A DNA stretch of 64,000 nt from Octopus bimaculoides (taxonomy: Eukaryota), in NCBI RefSeq assembly GCF_001194135.2, contig NC_068984.1, positions 62,156,413 to 62,220,412 of the forward strand, given 5' to 3'. Of the stretch, positions 38,810 through 50,282 are shown piece by piece. Position 1 is the first letter of the stretch; each line of letters opens with the position of its first letter. A model generated the notes under the pieces. It had not been told where the DNA came from. It did not search any database and saw nothing but the letters and a program-made list of their open reading frames with translations. The position numbers and the translations under genes were made by a program.

Positions 38810-38880
38810 CTCTGCTGATGAAAGCCCCGGAGTTAGATATAATTTTATCTAGCTAAATAGCTTGAAACCATGGTACAGAG
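38810..38880 (+). ncRNA. Minimal type-I hammerhead ribozyme, canonical core
   Basis: Helix I ctctg/cagag; CTGATGA; helix II aagc/gctt with internal 9-bp hairpin agttagata/tatctagct; GAAA; palindromic helix III ACCATGGT; GUA triplet, predicted cleavage after 38875. Confidence 0.9.
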
Positions 38881-39128
38881 TGTAGACTGGTAAAAATGTT
38901 TTTATTNNNNNNNNNNNNNNNNNNNNNNNNNNNNNNNNNNNNNNNNNNNNNNNNNNNNNNNNNNNNNNNNNNNNNNNNNNNNNNNNNNNNNNNNNNNNNN
39001 NNNNNNNNNNNNNNNNNNNNNNNNNNNNNNNNNNNNNNNNNNNNNNNNNNNNNNNNNNNNNNNNNNNNNNNNNNGTAGCAGTGGTTGCAGTAACAGCCAC
39101 AGTAGCAACAGTATATATATATATATAC

Positions 39129-39767
39129 AATGTTATATTTCTATATCAGCTTAAAGCTTATGGCGATCACCATGCAATGACTAAGGAAAATAGTCTAATA
39201 AAGGTGTATATCGCCCTCGACAGTATAAAGAAAGCTTTCCTATCCGCGTGGAAGTCGAACCCTTTACACCAGCGAATCAACATCCCCTTTCCTGTCAAAT
39301 TTAAGAACTATAATAGTTCATGTTTGTTTGTTTTTTTATATGTAAACAAGATTTCTATATGCTTTAGCTGCGAATGTTTTTTTTTAATATAAGGGGCCGT
39401 TTTTACAATCCTGTAAATGTTACTAATGGTATTTTTATATAAGCTTAAAGGTTATGGTGATCACCAATGTAATGATTAAGGGAAATAGCCTAATAAAGGG
39501 GCATATAAGTACTCGACAGAAAAAAGAGGGCTTTCTTCCCCGCGTGGGAGTCAAACCCACATCTCTTTGTTAACACGACTAAGTGTGTTACCTTTACACC
39601 ATCGAATCAGCCTCCCCTTTCCTGTCAAATTTAAGAATTATTATAGTTCGTGTTTTTTTTTATAAGTAAACAAACTTTCTATATGCTTTCGGTGCGAATG
39701 CTTTTTTTTTTATACGGCGCCCATTTTACAATACTGTAAATAATAATAATGGTATTTTTATATAAGC
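39129..39767. repeat. Tandem duplication of a ~296/323-bp unit containing a tRNA-like sequence
   Basis: Units start aatg(t/g)t.t.ttt.tatat.agcttaaag at 39129 and 39425, with a partial third at 39748. They share cccctttcctgtcaaatttaagaa and other blocks. Confidence 0.9.
39537..39608 (-). tRNA. tRNA-like pseudogene (Asn/GTT-like), acceptor and anticodon arms decayed
   Basis: Minus strand: D-arm gtgt-aaaggta-acac, loop ...gttaa, T-arm gtggg-tttgact-cccac, then a T6 Pol III terminator-like run ~12 nt downstream. The copy at 39240-39279 lacks the middle. Confidence 0.5.
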
Positions 39768-39779
39768 AGGAAAGTGGAG

Positions 39780-40050
39780 GCTGATTTTGACATATCAATA
39801 AATGCAACAATACTGGGCTCCGTAAATTAATTTGGTCTTTGAAGGAATGTAATATATAGTCTGATTTGGAATGGGATATTCTATCTAGGTCCTTCCCATA
39901 TGATAAAGGTAAATGTTTTGTCCGCTCTATAACTAAGAACTCTCTTTCATCCTGTTCTCAGAGAATTGTCTTGTAAACATGTTTAAGGAACGCATTTATC
40001 GTTGCAAACATTGGCAAAACATACCTTTAGTTTCTATAAATAATTTCTAC
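39780..40050 (+). mobile_element. Penelope-like element GIY-YIG C-terminal remnant
   Basis: NTGLRKLIWSLKECNI*SDLEWDILSRSFPYDKGKC...VNMFKERIYRCKH, matching the TxLSKxIWxLK..WxI..PY..C..LNxRxEL..CRH pattern. Confidence 0.7.
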
Positions 40051-40337
40051 AAATCGATAAAGTTCGACCTTTAAATGTTTTCTTACATTTCGTTCCCACT
40101 AAATATAACTATTTCCACGCCTTTAAGCTTTATTCCCATTCATCTATGACACTACATTTCTCCACTCTTCGTTTTCTGCTAATTTCTTTTTTTCTCCTAC
40201 TTCCCTTTTTCTAAATTGCATTTGACATAAAATCTATTTACTTTTGCTTATTAAAAATAATAGCTAGCGTTCTCTTCATCATATACGCAGTTATCACATT
40301 CGATTAAAATGGCTTACTGATAGGTTTGCTGTCTCTT

Positions 40338-40434
40338 TTTTTCCCCTGAAGAGCAGATCGCATTGTTTTACATCATTTTATTCCCTCTGGAATAATACCG
40401 ATGTTTTCTTCGAAACATATGTGAGAGGAATAAA
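40338..40434 (+). ncRNA. Hammerhead ribozyme, probably inactivated, followed by AATAAA
   Basis: CTGAAGA; long helix II gcagatcgcattg/cgatgttttcttc (10/13 pairs) enclosing hairpin ttattcc-ctct-ggaataa; GAAA; palindrome ACATATGT. H17 appears deleted; helix I pairs 7/8 if so. Confidence 0.65.
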
Positions 40435-40508
40435 GATTTTAAATAACACCTGCGTTTAACTCCATTTCTTTATCTCTGTCTGTCTCTGTCTGTTTGTCTG
40501 TCTATCTG

Positions 40509-40562
<54 letters not shown>

Positions 40563-41457
40563 NNNNNNNNNNNNNNNNNNNNNNNNNNNNNNNNNNNNNN
40601 NNNNNNNNNNNNNNNNNNNNNNNNNNNNNNNNNNNNNNNNNNNNNNNNNNNNNNNNNNNNNNNNNNNNNNNNNNNNNNNNNNNNNNNNNNNNNNNNNNNN
40701 NNNNNNNNNNNNNNNNNNNNNNNNNNNNNNNNNNNNNNNNNNNNNNNNNNNNNNNNNNNNNNNNNNNNNNNNNNNNNNNNNNNNNNNNNNNNNNNNNNNN
40801 NNNNNNNNNNNNNNNNNNNNNNNNNNNNNNNNNNNNNNNNNNNNNNNNNNNNNNNNNNNNNNNNNNNNNNNNNNNNNNNNNNNNNNNNNNNNNNNNNNNN
40901 NNNNNNNNNNNNNNNNNNNNNNNNNNNNNNNNNNNNNNNNNNNNNNNNNNNNNNNNNNNNNNNNNNNNNNNNNNNNNNNNNNNNNNNNNNNNNNNNNNNN
41001 NNNNNNNNNNNNNNNNNNNNNNNNNNNNNNNNNNNNNNNNNNNNNNNNNNNNNNNNNNNNNNNNNNNNNNNNNNNNNNNNNNNNNNNNNNNNNNNNNNNN
41101 NNNNNNNNNNNNNNNNNNNNNNNNNNNNNNNNNNNNNNNNNNNNNNNNNNNNNNNNNNNNNNNNNNNNNNNNNNNNNNNNNNNNNNNNNNNNNNNNNNNN
41201 NNNNNNNNNNNNNNNNNNNNNNNNNNNNNNNNNNNNNNNNNNNNNNNNNNNNNNNNNNNNNNNNNNNNNNNNNNNNNNNNNNNNNNNNNNNNNNNNNNNN
41301 NNNNNNNNNNNNNNNNNNNNNNNNNNNNNNNNNNNNNNNNNNNNNNNNNNNNNNNNNNNNNNNNNNNNNNNNNNNNNNNNNNNNNNNNNNNNNNNNNNNN
41401 NNNNNNNNNNNNNNNNNNNNNNNNNNNNNNNNNNNNNNNNNNNNNNNNNNNNNNNNN

Positions 41458-41509
<52 letters not shown>

Positions 41510-42341
41510 GGGGAAAGCGAGAGCCCTATATTCAAATAAGTTATATGCAGATAGATGAATAGCTAGATAGCTACGAAGACTGATAGGACAAGTAACTTGT
41601 TATATTCATAAGTACATTTATTTAATAACACCTACCTTTTTATGCTTATCTACGGTGGGAAATTATTCTGCTCAAATGGACACTAATATTTGTAGACAGG
41701 TTCCGCTTAGAAATTCGTGATGTTTTGTTACAACGCTTGAGGACTTTTGCCATTTGAAGTTTCTACCTACTACTCAATCTTTAAATAATGTATTGTAGCA
41801 ATTGCAATGCATATAAGTATATTCTATTTGCAATCAAATGCATTCATCGCTTCACATGTCTGTACCGTAACATTTACAATGTTTATACAAATGTAACAAA
41901 TCGAATTCGGTTATGGTGCATTCAAAGAGTTTGACACTAGCTTTGTTTCCTTTTGTGAGGCAAAGATAACATTCCGATTATTTGCGACGTTGCCTATCTT
42001 ATTTTTTAAATATAATTTGAGATATGTTTTAGGTCCATTGAACAACATAAATAACACCGAGCAAACTTGTATTTATTCCTTAATGATAAATGCAAATACA
42101 AGTCATCATATTATTTCCAAATCGGAAATAGATTACTTCAAGTTTTTTCTCCCTATTTCCGCCATTTTGCCTTAGATTTTCTCCTAAAATAAATAATTCA
42201 ACATTCGTCACACTGCTTATATCAAAATTTGTTTCTCGGGGTTTGTTCTATTATAATCCGTATCTTCTGCTCCACCTCTTTCCTTTTTTTACTCTCCCAT
42301 TCTCTCACGTTCCCATTCTCTCTCTCTTTTCTCTCTCTCCT

Positions 42342-42393
<52 letters not shown>

Positions 42394-43211
42394 CTACACA
42401 CACATACACACACATCACTGAGTTTGAAGATCTTTTACATTTCCCCTTGTATAAATACAGAGATCTCAAATAAAGCAGTGTGAATAATATCAAACAAAAT
42501 TGTGTAGCTCTAAATATTGCACGTAGCGATTCGTTTTCAGTAACGTAAAAAGAACATTACTAGTTTATGAATATATGTATGTATGTATGTATGTATGTAC
42601 GTGTGTGTGTGCCTGTTTATATATGAGTGTGTGTATGTGTGTGTGAGCGTATGTGTGTGGGCATGTGCATTTACGTACGTATAAATATGCGAAAACTACG
42701 TTGGACGTTTTAATCTCTATATATTAATGTGAGATATATGTATGTCAGTTGATTGGTTGCTTCTTTGTTTAATTTCTCCAGTTACGTTTCACATTCTAGA
42801 GTCAGAGAGGGAGAAAGAGAGACTAAAATAGAGATACAAAGACAGAAAGAGAGAGATAGAGAGTGCGAATTTTCATGTATATGTATGCTCATTCCATAAC
42901 ATACAACTAAGTAATTTCCTTTTATGCCTTGCCTATTATTTTATTAAATTTTATTTCAAGGTCATAAATACTTTTCTTTCAAAAATTAGTATTCATCAAA
43001 TTCTTCATTTTTATTTTTAGAAGCATTAAGAAATTTGATAAAAATTATAATTTTACTAAAATATAGCGTATTTCCTGATATTACTTATGATGGCAAATGT
43101 ATACGTGTAAAGTTATATACATATGACGGGAAACACTCTAATCAACATGTTTAAGAAACGTTTATTTTATCGACAGAACTGTTAAAAAGGCACAAAATAG
43201 ACTAAAGTAGA

Positions 43212-44013
43212 AAGGCAAAGTTGCCCACAGCAGGATTTAAACTCAGAACGTAAAGAAGAACGAAACAAACACTACGAAGCGTTTTGACAGGCGTGCTAAC
43301 GATTTCCCCAGCTCGCCGCCTAAATATTCAATTAAAAATATTTGTTCCAAATTTTGGCTCAAGGCCAGCAACTTCGAAGGAATCGGAAAGTCGATTACAT
43401 TGACCCCCAGTACTCAACTGATACTTATTTCATCAACCTCCAGAAGCCCGGCGTGCTTACGATTCTGCCAACTCGCCGACTAAAACTTCAACTGAAAATA
43501 TAAAAAAGTTGATAAGAATTGCTAAAGGCATTTTCCGATACTGTAACGATTCTGAAAGGTACAGCGGTATTATTTCTAATATGGACAGAACGACTGAATT
43601 TTTAGAAGAATGAGGTTAGGGGAATATATGGACCTTCATGCATGACTGGTAGTTTAAAGTGTCACCCTTGGATGGATAACCAGTCGACCTCGGTTGCCGA
43701 GTGAGGTTTGAACTGAGAATGTAAACAACTGTAATGAAATACAGCAATACATGCTGTCCACCACTCTGGTGACAACTCTGGCCCAATCAAGCATCCTATG
43801 TTATATGCAATACTTTATAATTTTGGCACAAGGCCAGAAATTTTAACGGTAGGAGTTAGTTGATTACCGCGATCCAAGTTCTCAAATTGTACTTAATTTA
43901 TGGAGCCTATAAACGAAACTTGAACCCCAGTGAAATTTATATTAAAACGTAAAGATGCACGAGACGCTCATAAGCATTTTGTCTGGTTTGCCAGATTCTA
44001 CCAGATCACTGCT
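43212..44013 (-). mobile_element. Cluster of four co-oriented family A SINE copies (43212-43321, 43345-43481, ~43572-43775, ~43820-44013)
   Basis: Reverse-complement heads gctaacgatt.c.ccagctcgccgcc, tttaaactcagaacgtaa, agtcgacctcgg, and tttt(t)ggc.caaggccag tails at differing decay levels. Confidence 0.8.
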
Positions 44014-44684
44014 TTCTCATTTTTTTTTTTGTCTATAATGATAATATTTTTATTACATATATAGTTCAGTCAGATTACATATCGCTTATTTTGATTTCTA
44101 AAACTATATTTCTCTTGTAAATTGTTACAGAATATGCATATTATTAATCTGTTACGTACATTGTATGTACATGACACTTTGTGAAACATGAACATATATA
44201 TGAGGTTTTATACCGTCAGCATTTATATTATTAGTAATATAATAGAATGACCGAGTATGGAACAAATTCTAAGAAATGATTTATTAAAGATTGCATTTGT
44301 ATTACTTTGATAAATACATCTTAGTGGACTTCTACGGTTACTTCTTTGCTCAGGTAGAGTACTACCTCAAAGTTAAATATACACACTGTTCTTTCATATC
44401 GAAATACTGATATAGTACAACGAATTAAGAATTGTTTAAGTTGTATTAATATTGACGTACATTTGGAGACAAAAGTTCTAGACAGTTTTCAGCTCGATTT
44501 CATTCAGTGCTTTCTATGCGTTTACTAATATTTTGTGAGGTAGAGAATGTAAGATATCTAAAACAGGTAATATAAATTACCAAGATATTATCTACTGAGA
44601 CTGTACCAATAAAAATATTATAGACTTCAGAACATCTCAAAAATCAAACGCATCAAACGATACAATTTATGCACCTACCTACCT

Positions 44685-44722
44685 ACCTAACTAACTATCT
44701 AACTAACTAACTAACTACCTAC

Positions 44723-44764
<42 letters not shown>

Positions 44765-44885
44765 TACTTACTTACTTACTTACTAACTAACTAACTGACT
44801 AATTCATGCATACATACATACATACATACATACATACATACCTTCCTATCTAAATACGTACATACATACACACATACCTACCTAC
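44685..44885. repeat. Compound tetranucleotide microsatellite (CTAC/CTAA/TTAC/CATA)n
   Basis: Directly visible. Confidence 0.95.
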
Positions 44886-44959
44886 ATATCTATTCACCAA
44901 CAAACATAGATGGAGATGAAAAAGAGCATTACAAGAGTTATGCTATGGAAATCAGGAAA

Positions 44960-46600
44960 CCGGTCCTATTAGTCTATATTACCCGGGAAGGAACTTTAGT
45001 CTTCGCTGTATGTGCATATGTATATACTTAGATGATTAGTCAAGTAGTAACCTGGGCCATGTCCAACTTAGTAGCACCATCTGGAAAATATATTTTCTCT
45101 TACGTTTTTCGGCATTATTTTAAAGTGACAAGGGCCTGTTGATGTGAACGGGTTCTCTGTCTTAGTGTTTTTATGTGACATCAGTATGATTTCTGTTGAG
45201 GAAGGGTGGTATGGAACCAAGCGTTAGATGAATTCTAAAGCTGAGGCCACATGAATTGGAATACTTTTCACATTATACAAATGATATAGTGCTCACGGAA
45301 GATTTGGAGGGAATAACGTTTGAGTCTTTCGAGACGATCCCAATAATGAGGATCTGTCACGTAGTCTGTTTCCTTGTGATCACGTTTGTGTTGCTTCAGT
45401 TTTATCATATTTTGTTACGTGAAGGGAGACCAGAGCGGACGACGGTATTCAAGGCGAAGACGGGCAAAGATGGAGAAGAAAATTATAATGATAGGAGCGT
45501 CTCTAGACCGAAAACTCCTGAGGGTCCAGGAGCACGCCCTGCGCACCATGTCGATTTTGTTGCTTATGTGGATACTCCGTCACTTTTGGTTACCGGAATC
45601 TCAAACTACAGAGAATCATATTTTGGTCGGAAAGGGGAGTTATCTTTTCTACAGTTGGGACAGGAAACATCCGTTCATGAATTAAAGAAAGTGATTCCTC
45701 TACAACTTTCTCTGGGGTTGAAAAGCACACAAATATCATGAAGTTATGAGTATACTATTCATGCAGGTGAAATTAAAGTTACCCATTAATTAAACATTAT
45801 CAAATTTGCACTGTTGAATTAAAGAGTTAATATTCGTGAGGCATTCCTTGAAACACAGTGCTGGCCTGTAGATCCCAATTATTGAAAAATCATAAGTTTT
45901 GTTATACACAAACACTGATTCACAATAGCCGTTGGAGGATGAGACAAGTGTATCTACCGTAAATGTGTCGTGTAGGAAAATAGCGGTTGCTCGCTTTCTT
46001 CTAGCAGTGAGGTCTGCGTGAATGATGGTTTAATTCCTCGCCTTTATTTAAGATTTCTAGTGAGAGTTAACGTGAGTCTTAGTAAGGTTGAAGAAAGGAA
46101 CGTGGTGAGGGTTGTCGACAACCCAATCTTGAATGAACTGAATATTCCATCCTTTTGAATTATAGGAAGGCCTGATGCCTTGTGCCTTCAACAAAAGTGC
46201 TGAGACTGGAGTAGTACTCCAAAGAGAATTATGGCTTATTGACAGCGAAGAAGGTAGTTTCTGCACAAGGATTAAAACAGGGGTTTGTACTGTGTGATAG
46301 CCAACGTGCTTTTCTTCCTCCCCTTTGCCATGGATAAAAAAGACTTTACCTGGTTAATGAGAATGTGGCGATTGAAATTACACTGACGGTATTGTTGGTT
46401 GTTTCATTTGTTCGTGCTGCTACTGAATTTCTACACTTTCCCGAGTCAGTGGAAAGATTCGTGCCGGAGTTGCTGATTTTGTTTATATTTTTGTTATAAC
46501 TTGGTGCCTGAGATAAGAGAAAAATACATGCCACGGCTGTTTTGATGCGGTGTCTTTTTTTATAGAGATTTGGGGAATGGCTGGATGTTTTTATTTTGAT
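44960..46600 (-). mobile_element. CR1/L2 (Jockey-group) LINE, internally deleted: ORF1 remnant, APE endonuclease and RT C-terminus
   Basis: LLKAQGI..NLTKTH..RKRATAIFLHD..NGYCESV..IIGIYRP..LMGNFNF (APE), joined to HISNKIDMVRRACSWTLRSFRSRD..RLEYRRPLWSP..YWDRLERLKRYSLQ..ENPFTSTGP. CRNSV motif upstream. Confidence 0.85.
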
Positions 46601-46752
46601 TGTGAGTCGGTTTGCGGGGAGATGCGTGAGCACATAATCTTGCTGTAGACATAATCACGTATGCAAGTACGAATGTGTGTATTCTTCGTTCTTTTGTATA
46701 TGTGTGTTTATTTTTTTGTTTTAATAAACGTGATATTTCTACGGAAATTTCT

Positions 46753-46855
46753 ATCAAATTTTAATTTTAGCAGCTATTCTATTTATATCAAATTTTAATT
46801 TTAGCAGCTATTCTATTTATACCAAATTTTAATTTTAGCAGCTATTCTACTTATA
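46753..46855. repeat. Minisatellite, 3 x 34 bp (atcaaattttaattttagcagctattctatttat)
   Basis: Near-perfect copies at 46753, 46787 and 46821. Confidence 0.95.
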
Positions 46856-47400
46856 TAGAAGCTTATCTTACGCTGCTATATGAATTGGGTTATCGCGTAA
46901 AAATATGTAGAGTGAATAAAAGAAATGTAGCAGTTCATTTTATACCTATATGATACAGAAAATTCATATTTGGGCACAGGAATTCCCCTTTGAAATCATT
47001 CTTTTACTTGTATGCAAATTTATTCCAAGTTAATTTGGAAGCAGAAAGGAAAATATATTTGCAGACGCATTGTACGTTTGTTTATAACATTGTTTAACCT
47101 CAGGTTAGTCCCAATCATACAAATGTACCTTGGGGTGGCTTAGGCAGTTCAATGCGTAAATATCTTTTGTCGTAACCAGATTAAATTTTGCTCGACGCAA
47201 ATATGGCAGAATTATATATGAATCTGAAACATTGATATAAATATCAATTAATGATAATGATCTTAAATGATATCCAAATATTTTCATGCCAGTAAATATT
47301 TTACAAGCTGGACTTGTTACATATAGGTTCCAAATCTCCTACAAATCAGAAACCACGGTACTGAAAGAAAACAATGAAATATTGAACATTTTATTTGTAT

Positions 47401-47578
47401 AAGCGTTAGCACGCCGGAAACGTTACCTTGCAGTATATCTGACACTTTACATTCTGAGTTCAAAAGGCACCGAGATCGACTTTACCTTTCATCTTTTCGG
47501 AATCGATAGAATAAGTACAAGCTGAGTTCTGGAGTCGATGTAAAAAAATCAGGCCTTATGATTGTAGTAGAAAGAAAT
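47401..47578 (+). mobile_element. SINE family A, 5'-truncated, internally shortened
   Basis: cgttagcacgccgg..ctgagttcaaa..gagatcgactttacctttcatcttttcgg..aataagtac..gtagtagaaag. Confidence 0.8.
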
Positions 47579-48365
47579 ATATTCTATTAAATCAGAGTTG
47601 ATTTCTTTGAACAACGAGCCATATAATTACGGTGTTTGTAGCAAAACCACCGAAATAATTCCGATTCTCAACATTTAGACTGACTAGAATGATTAGGTGA
47701 GAGGTATAGTTATAGCATCAGCTGTAACTACTTCTTTAGTGCTTATTTTATTGAGCACAGAAGTATCAAAAGCAAAGTCGAGAGTTGCTAGATTTCCAAT
47801 CTTTGGTACTTTTTGGTCATCTCACCTCCATTAAAAACTTGAGTTATTTCCCCTCGTTTTATGAGAAACATCGGTACTTTTGGTTATCTCCTTCAACTGA
47901 ATAAGTTGTTTAACTTTCAATAAAACAATTGTTAAACATGAAAGCTGAAAAAGTTAGACATCTTACTGAATCTGGTAATATTTTAGTAACAAATCATACC
48001 ATGCCTATTGAAGAGACTAAACGTCAACAATGTGTTGAAGTACTGAATCAAAAGGATCTAACTTATTTAATCCAATCTCTTGTCGCCACATTAATATTTT
48101 TAGTGGGGTGATAACCCAGTTTTGAATGGCATTTTTAAAAGTACCCAATCTTTGTAAAAATAATTACGTCAGTTTCCGACGATATAATCGAATAATTGTT
48201 TACCATAGGATATGAAAATAACAAATTAAGAAAAAAAAAATCCAAACAAGTTGAATATTTTTATGCCAGCCTTAAAGGTAATTCGTTGCAAGAAATAATA
48301 AACTTTTTTACATATATTGTATATATATGTAAAAAGATATCATCCACCGGCAAAGTATAGTTAGA

Positions 48366-48562
48366 TTCCCTCCAAAATTGAAGGTTTAAAAGAAAAGCGG
48401 AGACAGTACATTTTGTATTCTAAAATATAACTCAAATATTGGAAACATAATGCTCATCTGTGTAAATATTCAGAACTACATTTCATCAAAAATTCTCTCC
48501 AAAATTGAATGTTTGAAACGTAAAGGGAGACAGTACATTTTGCATTCTAAATATAACCCAAA
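48366..48562. repeat. ~70-bp direct duplication, spacing ~127 bp
   Basis: ctccaaaattgaa.gttt.aaa..aaa..ggagacagtacattttg.attctaaa.tataac.caaa occurs twice. Confidence 0.85.
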
Positions 48563-48726
48563 GAGGAGAAAAAGAAAGAAAGAGGAAGAAGAGACAAAAA
48601 GGAGATAAAGGAAGAAAAGGAAAAAGTAAGAAAGGAAGAAGGGAAAAAGAGAAACAAAGCAGAAAGACGTTCAGTGATAACTACATCACAACTGTTTTTT
48701 TTATTTCATCAGACCTCGTATATGTA

Positions 48727-48776
<50 letters not shown>

Positions 48777-50282
48777 GAGCGAGAGAGCGAATGAGTGCGA
48801 GAGAGAGAGGTGGTGAGACTTTTAAGTTTTAAATGTCAATGAAAATGTAGTTTTTCTAAAATTTTTAGGTGAGCAAATTTTCCAAGGACTGGAAGTCAAA
48901 ATAAAAATATGGATTGGGAGAGTAAGATTTTCGGTCTAATATCGAAATTAGTCTCCAAATAACAATGATAAAGGAATTTCGATAAAACTGTAGTTGAAAT
49001 CGGTTTTTGCGAAAGACGCTATAAATGCAATATTTGTAATATGCCGATTATGCATATTAATTTCTTCCACAGAGAAATTATTACCACATGATGAATGCTG
49101 TGAAAGTGTCGTAATCCTAAAGATGAAAAGTGTTTAAATAAATACATTCACCTCTCATACCTCCTGACTTTTTAATAGGAATTTAAATACACACACACAC
49201 AGAGCTGCACGCACACACACACACACATACACACGCACTCACACACATACATATATATGTGAAAAGAGAGGGAAAACAGCGAAAGAGGGATGGACCGAAA
49301 CGTGAAGTAAATTGTCGATGATGCATTTCATTTCTTAGTTACTGCATCGTTGCTATGATCTTTCATTCTCTACTATAAAATAGGATTTTGATATATTTGT
49401 AAGAAAAGGAATGTGAAAAACCCCTAAAATTATATGCTTACACTAAACACAAATACGTTGTCATGGTATTCTATTTGAAAGGGATTTTTCCCCGTCTCCT
49501 TATCTCTTTCGCTCTTTCGGTGTGCGCATGAATTATTTCTGATTTGTAGTTAACTGTAATTGCAACAAACGTTTGATTAATTTCCTCTCGAATGGTAGTT
49601 AATTACAACAAATCAAGAATCTATTCTTTAAATTATTGCCACCGGCCACTCTGACTATTTTTCTCAGTTTATTTTGTTTTATGCAAATTCCGCGTAGTCA
49701 TAAATTTATTTACTATCTTTGTATACAACAAAATCTCTCATCTGTTTGATCGAAAGTTGGATAATATATGTGCTGATGACGGCGCCTATTCTAGCAGAAA
49801 TACATGTCCGCAGGTGTCAACCTGTCTCCAGACTAATAGAATACGTTGAAAGTTATCTTAGTAATTTTGAATCTCTAGATTGCCTCGTTCTCCTTCGGTG
49901 TATATCGAAATTTTACGGAGAATTTATTTAATATTTTCCTGAAGAAAAGAAATTTTCGTTATGATATTTAATATTATTTGCATTTTGTTCCTTTGCTGGT
50001 GGACGCTCAAATTATATCTCTTACCGTCTATCTACCTATGCATGTATGTATGTATGTATGTATGTATGTATGTATCTATCTATCTATCCATCTATCATTC
50101 ACTGTGTGTGTATATATATATGTATATATATATATATATANNNNNNNNNNNNNNNNNNNNNNNNNNNNNNNNNNNNNNNNNNNNNNNNNNNNNNNNTGTA
50201 TGTATGTATGTATGTATGTATCTATCTATCTATCCATCTATCATTCACTGTGTGTGTATATATATATGTATATATATACATA

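Noticed and set aside
45256-45741. Plus-strand 161-aa and 99-aa ORFs; the latter resembles a GPCR TM6 (ALRTMSILLLMWILRHFWLP)
   Set aside because: They are the antisense of a clearly recognisable CR1-like RT C-terminus on the minus strand.
46753-46855. 34-bp repeats considered as a CRISPR-like array
   Set aside because: Directly adjacent with no spacers, in eukaryotic context with no cas genes.
50040-50280. ~85-bp sequence repeated on both sides of a 56-N gap
   Set aside because: The copies abut the gap on both sides and are mostly microsatellite; most likely unmerged contig overlap.
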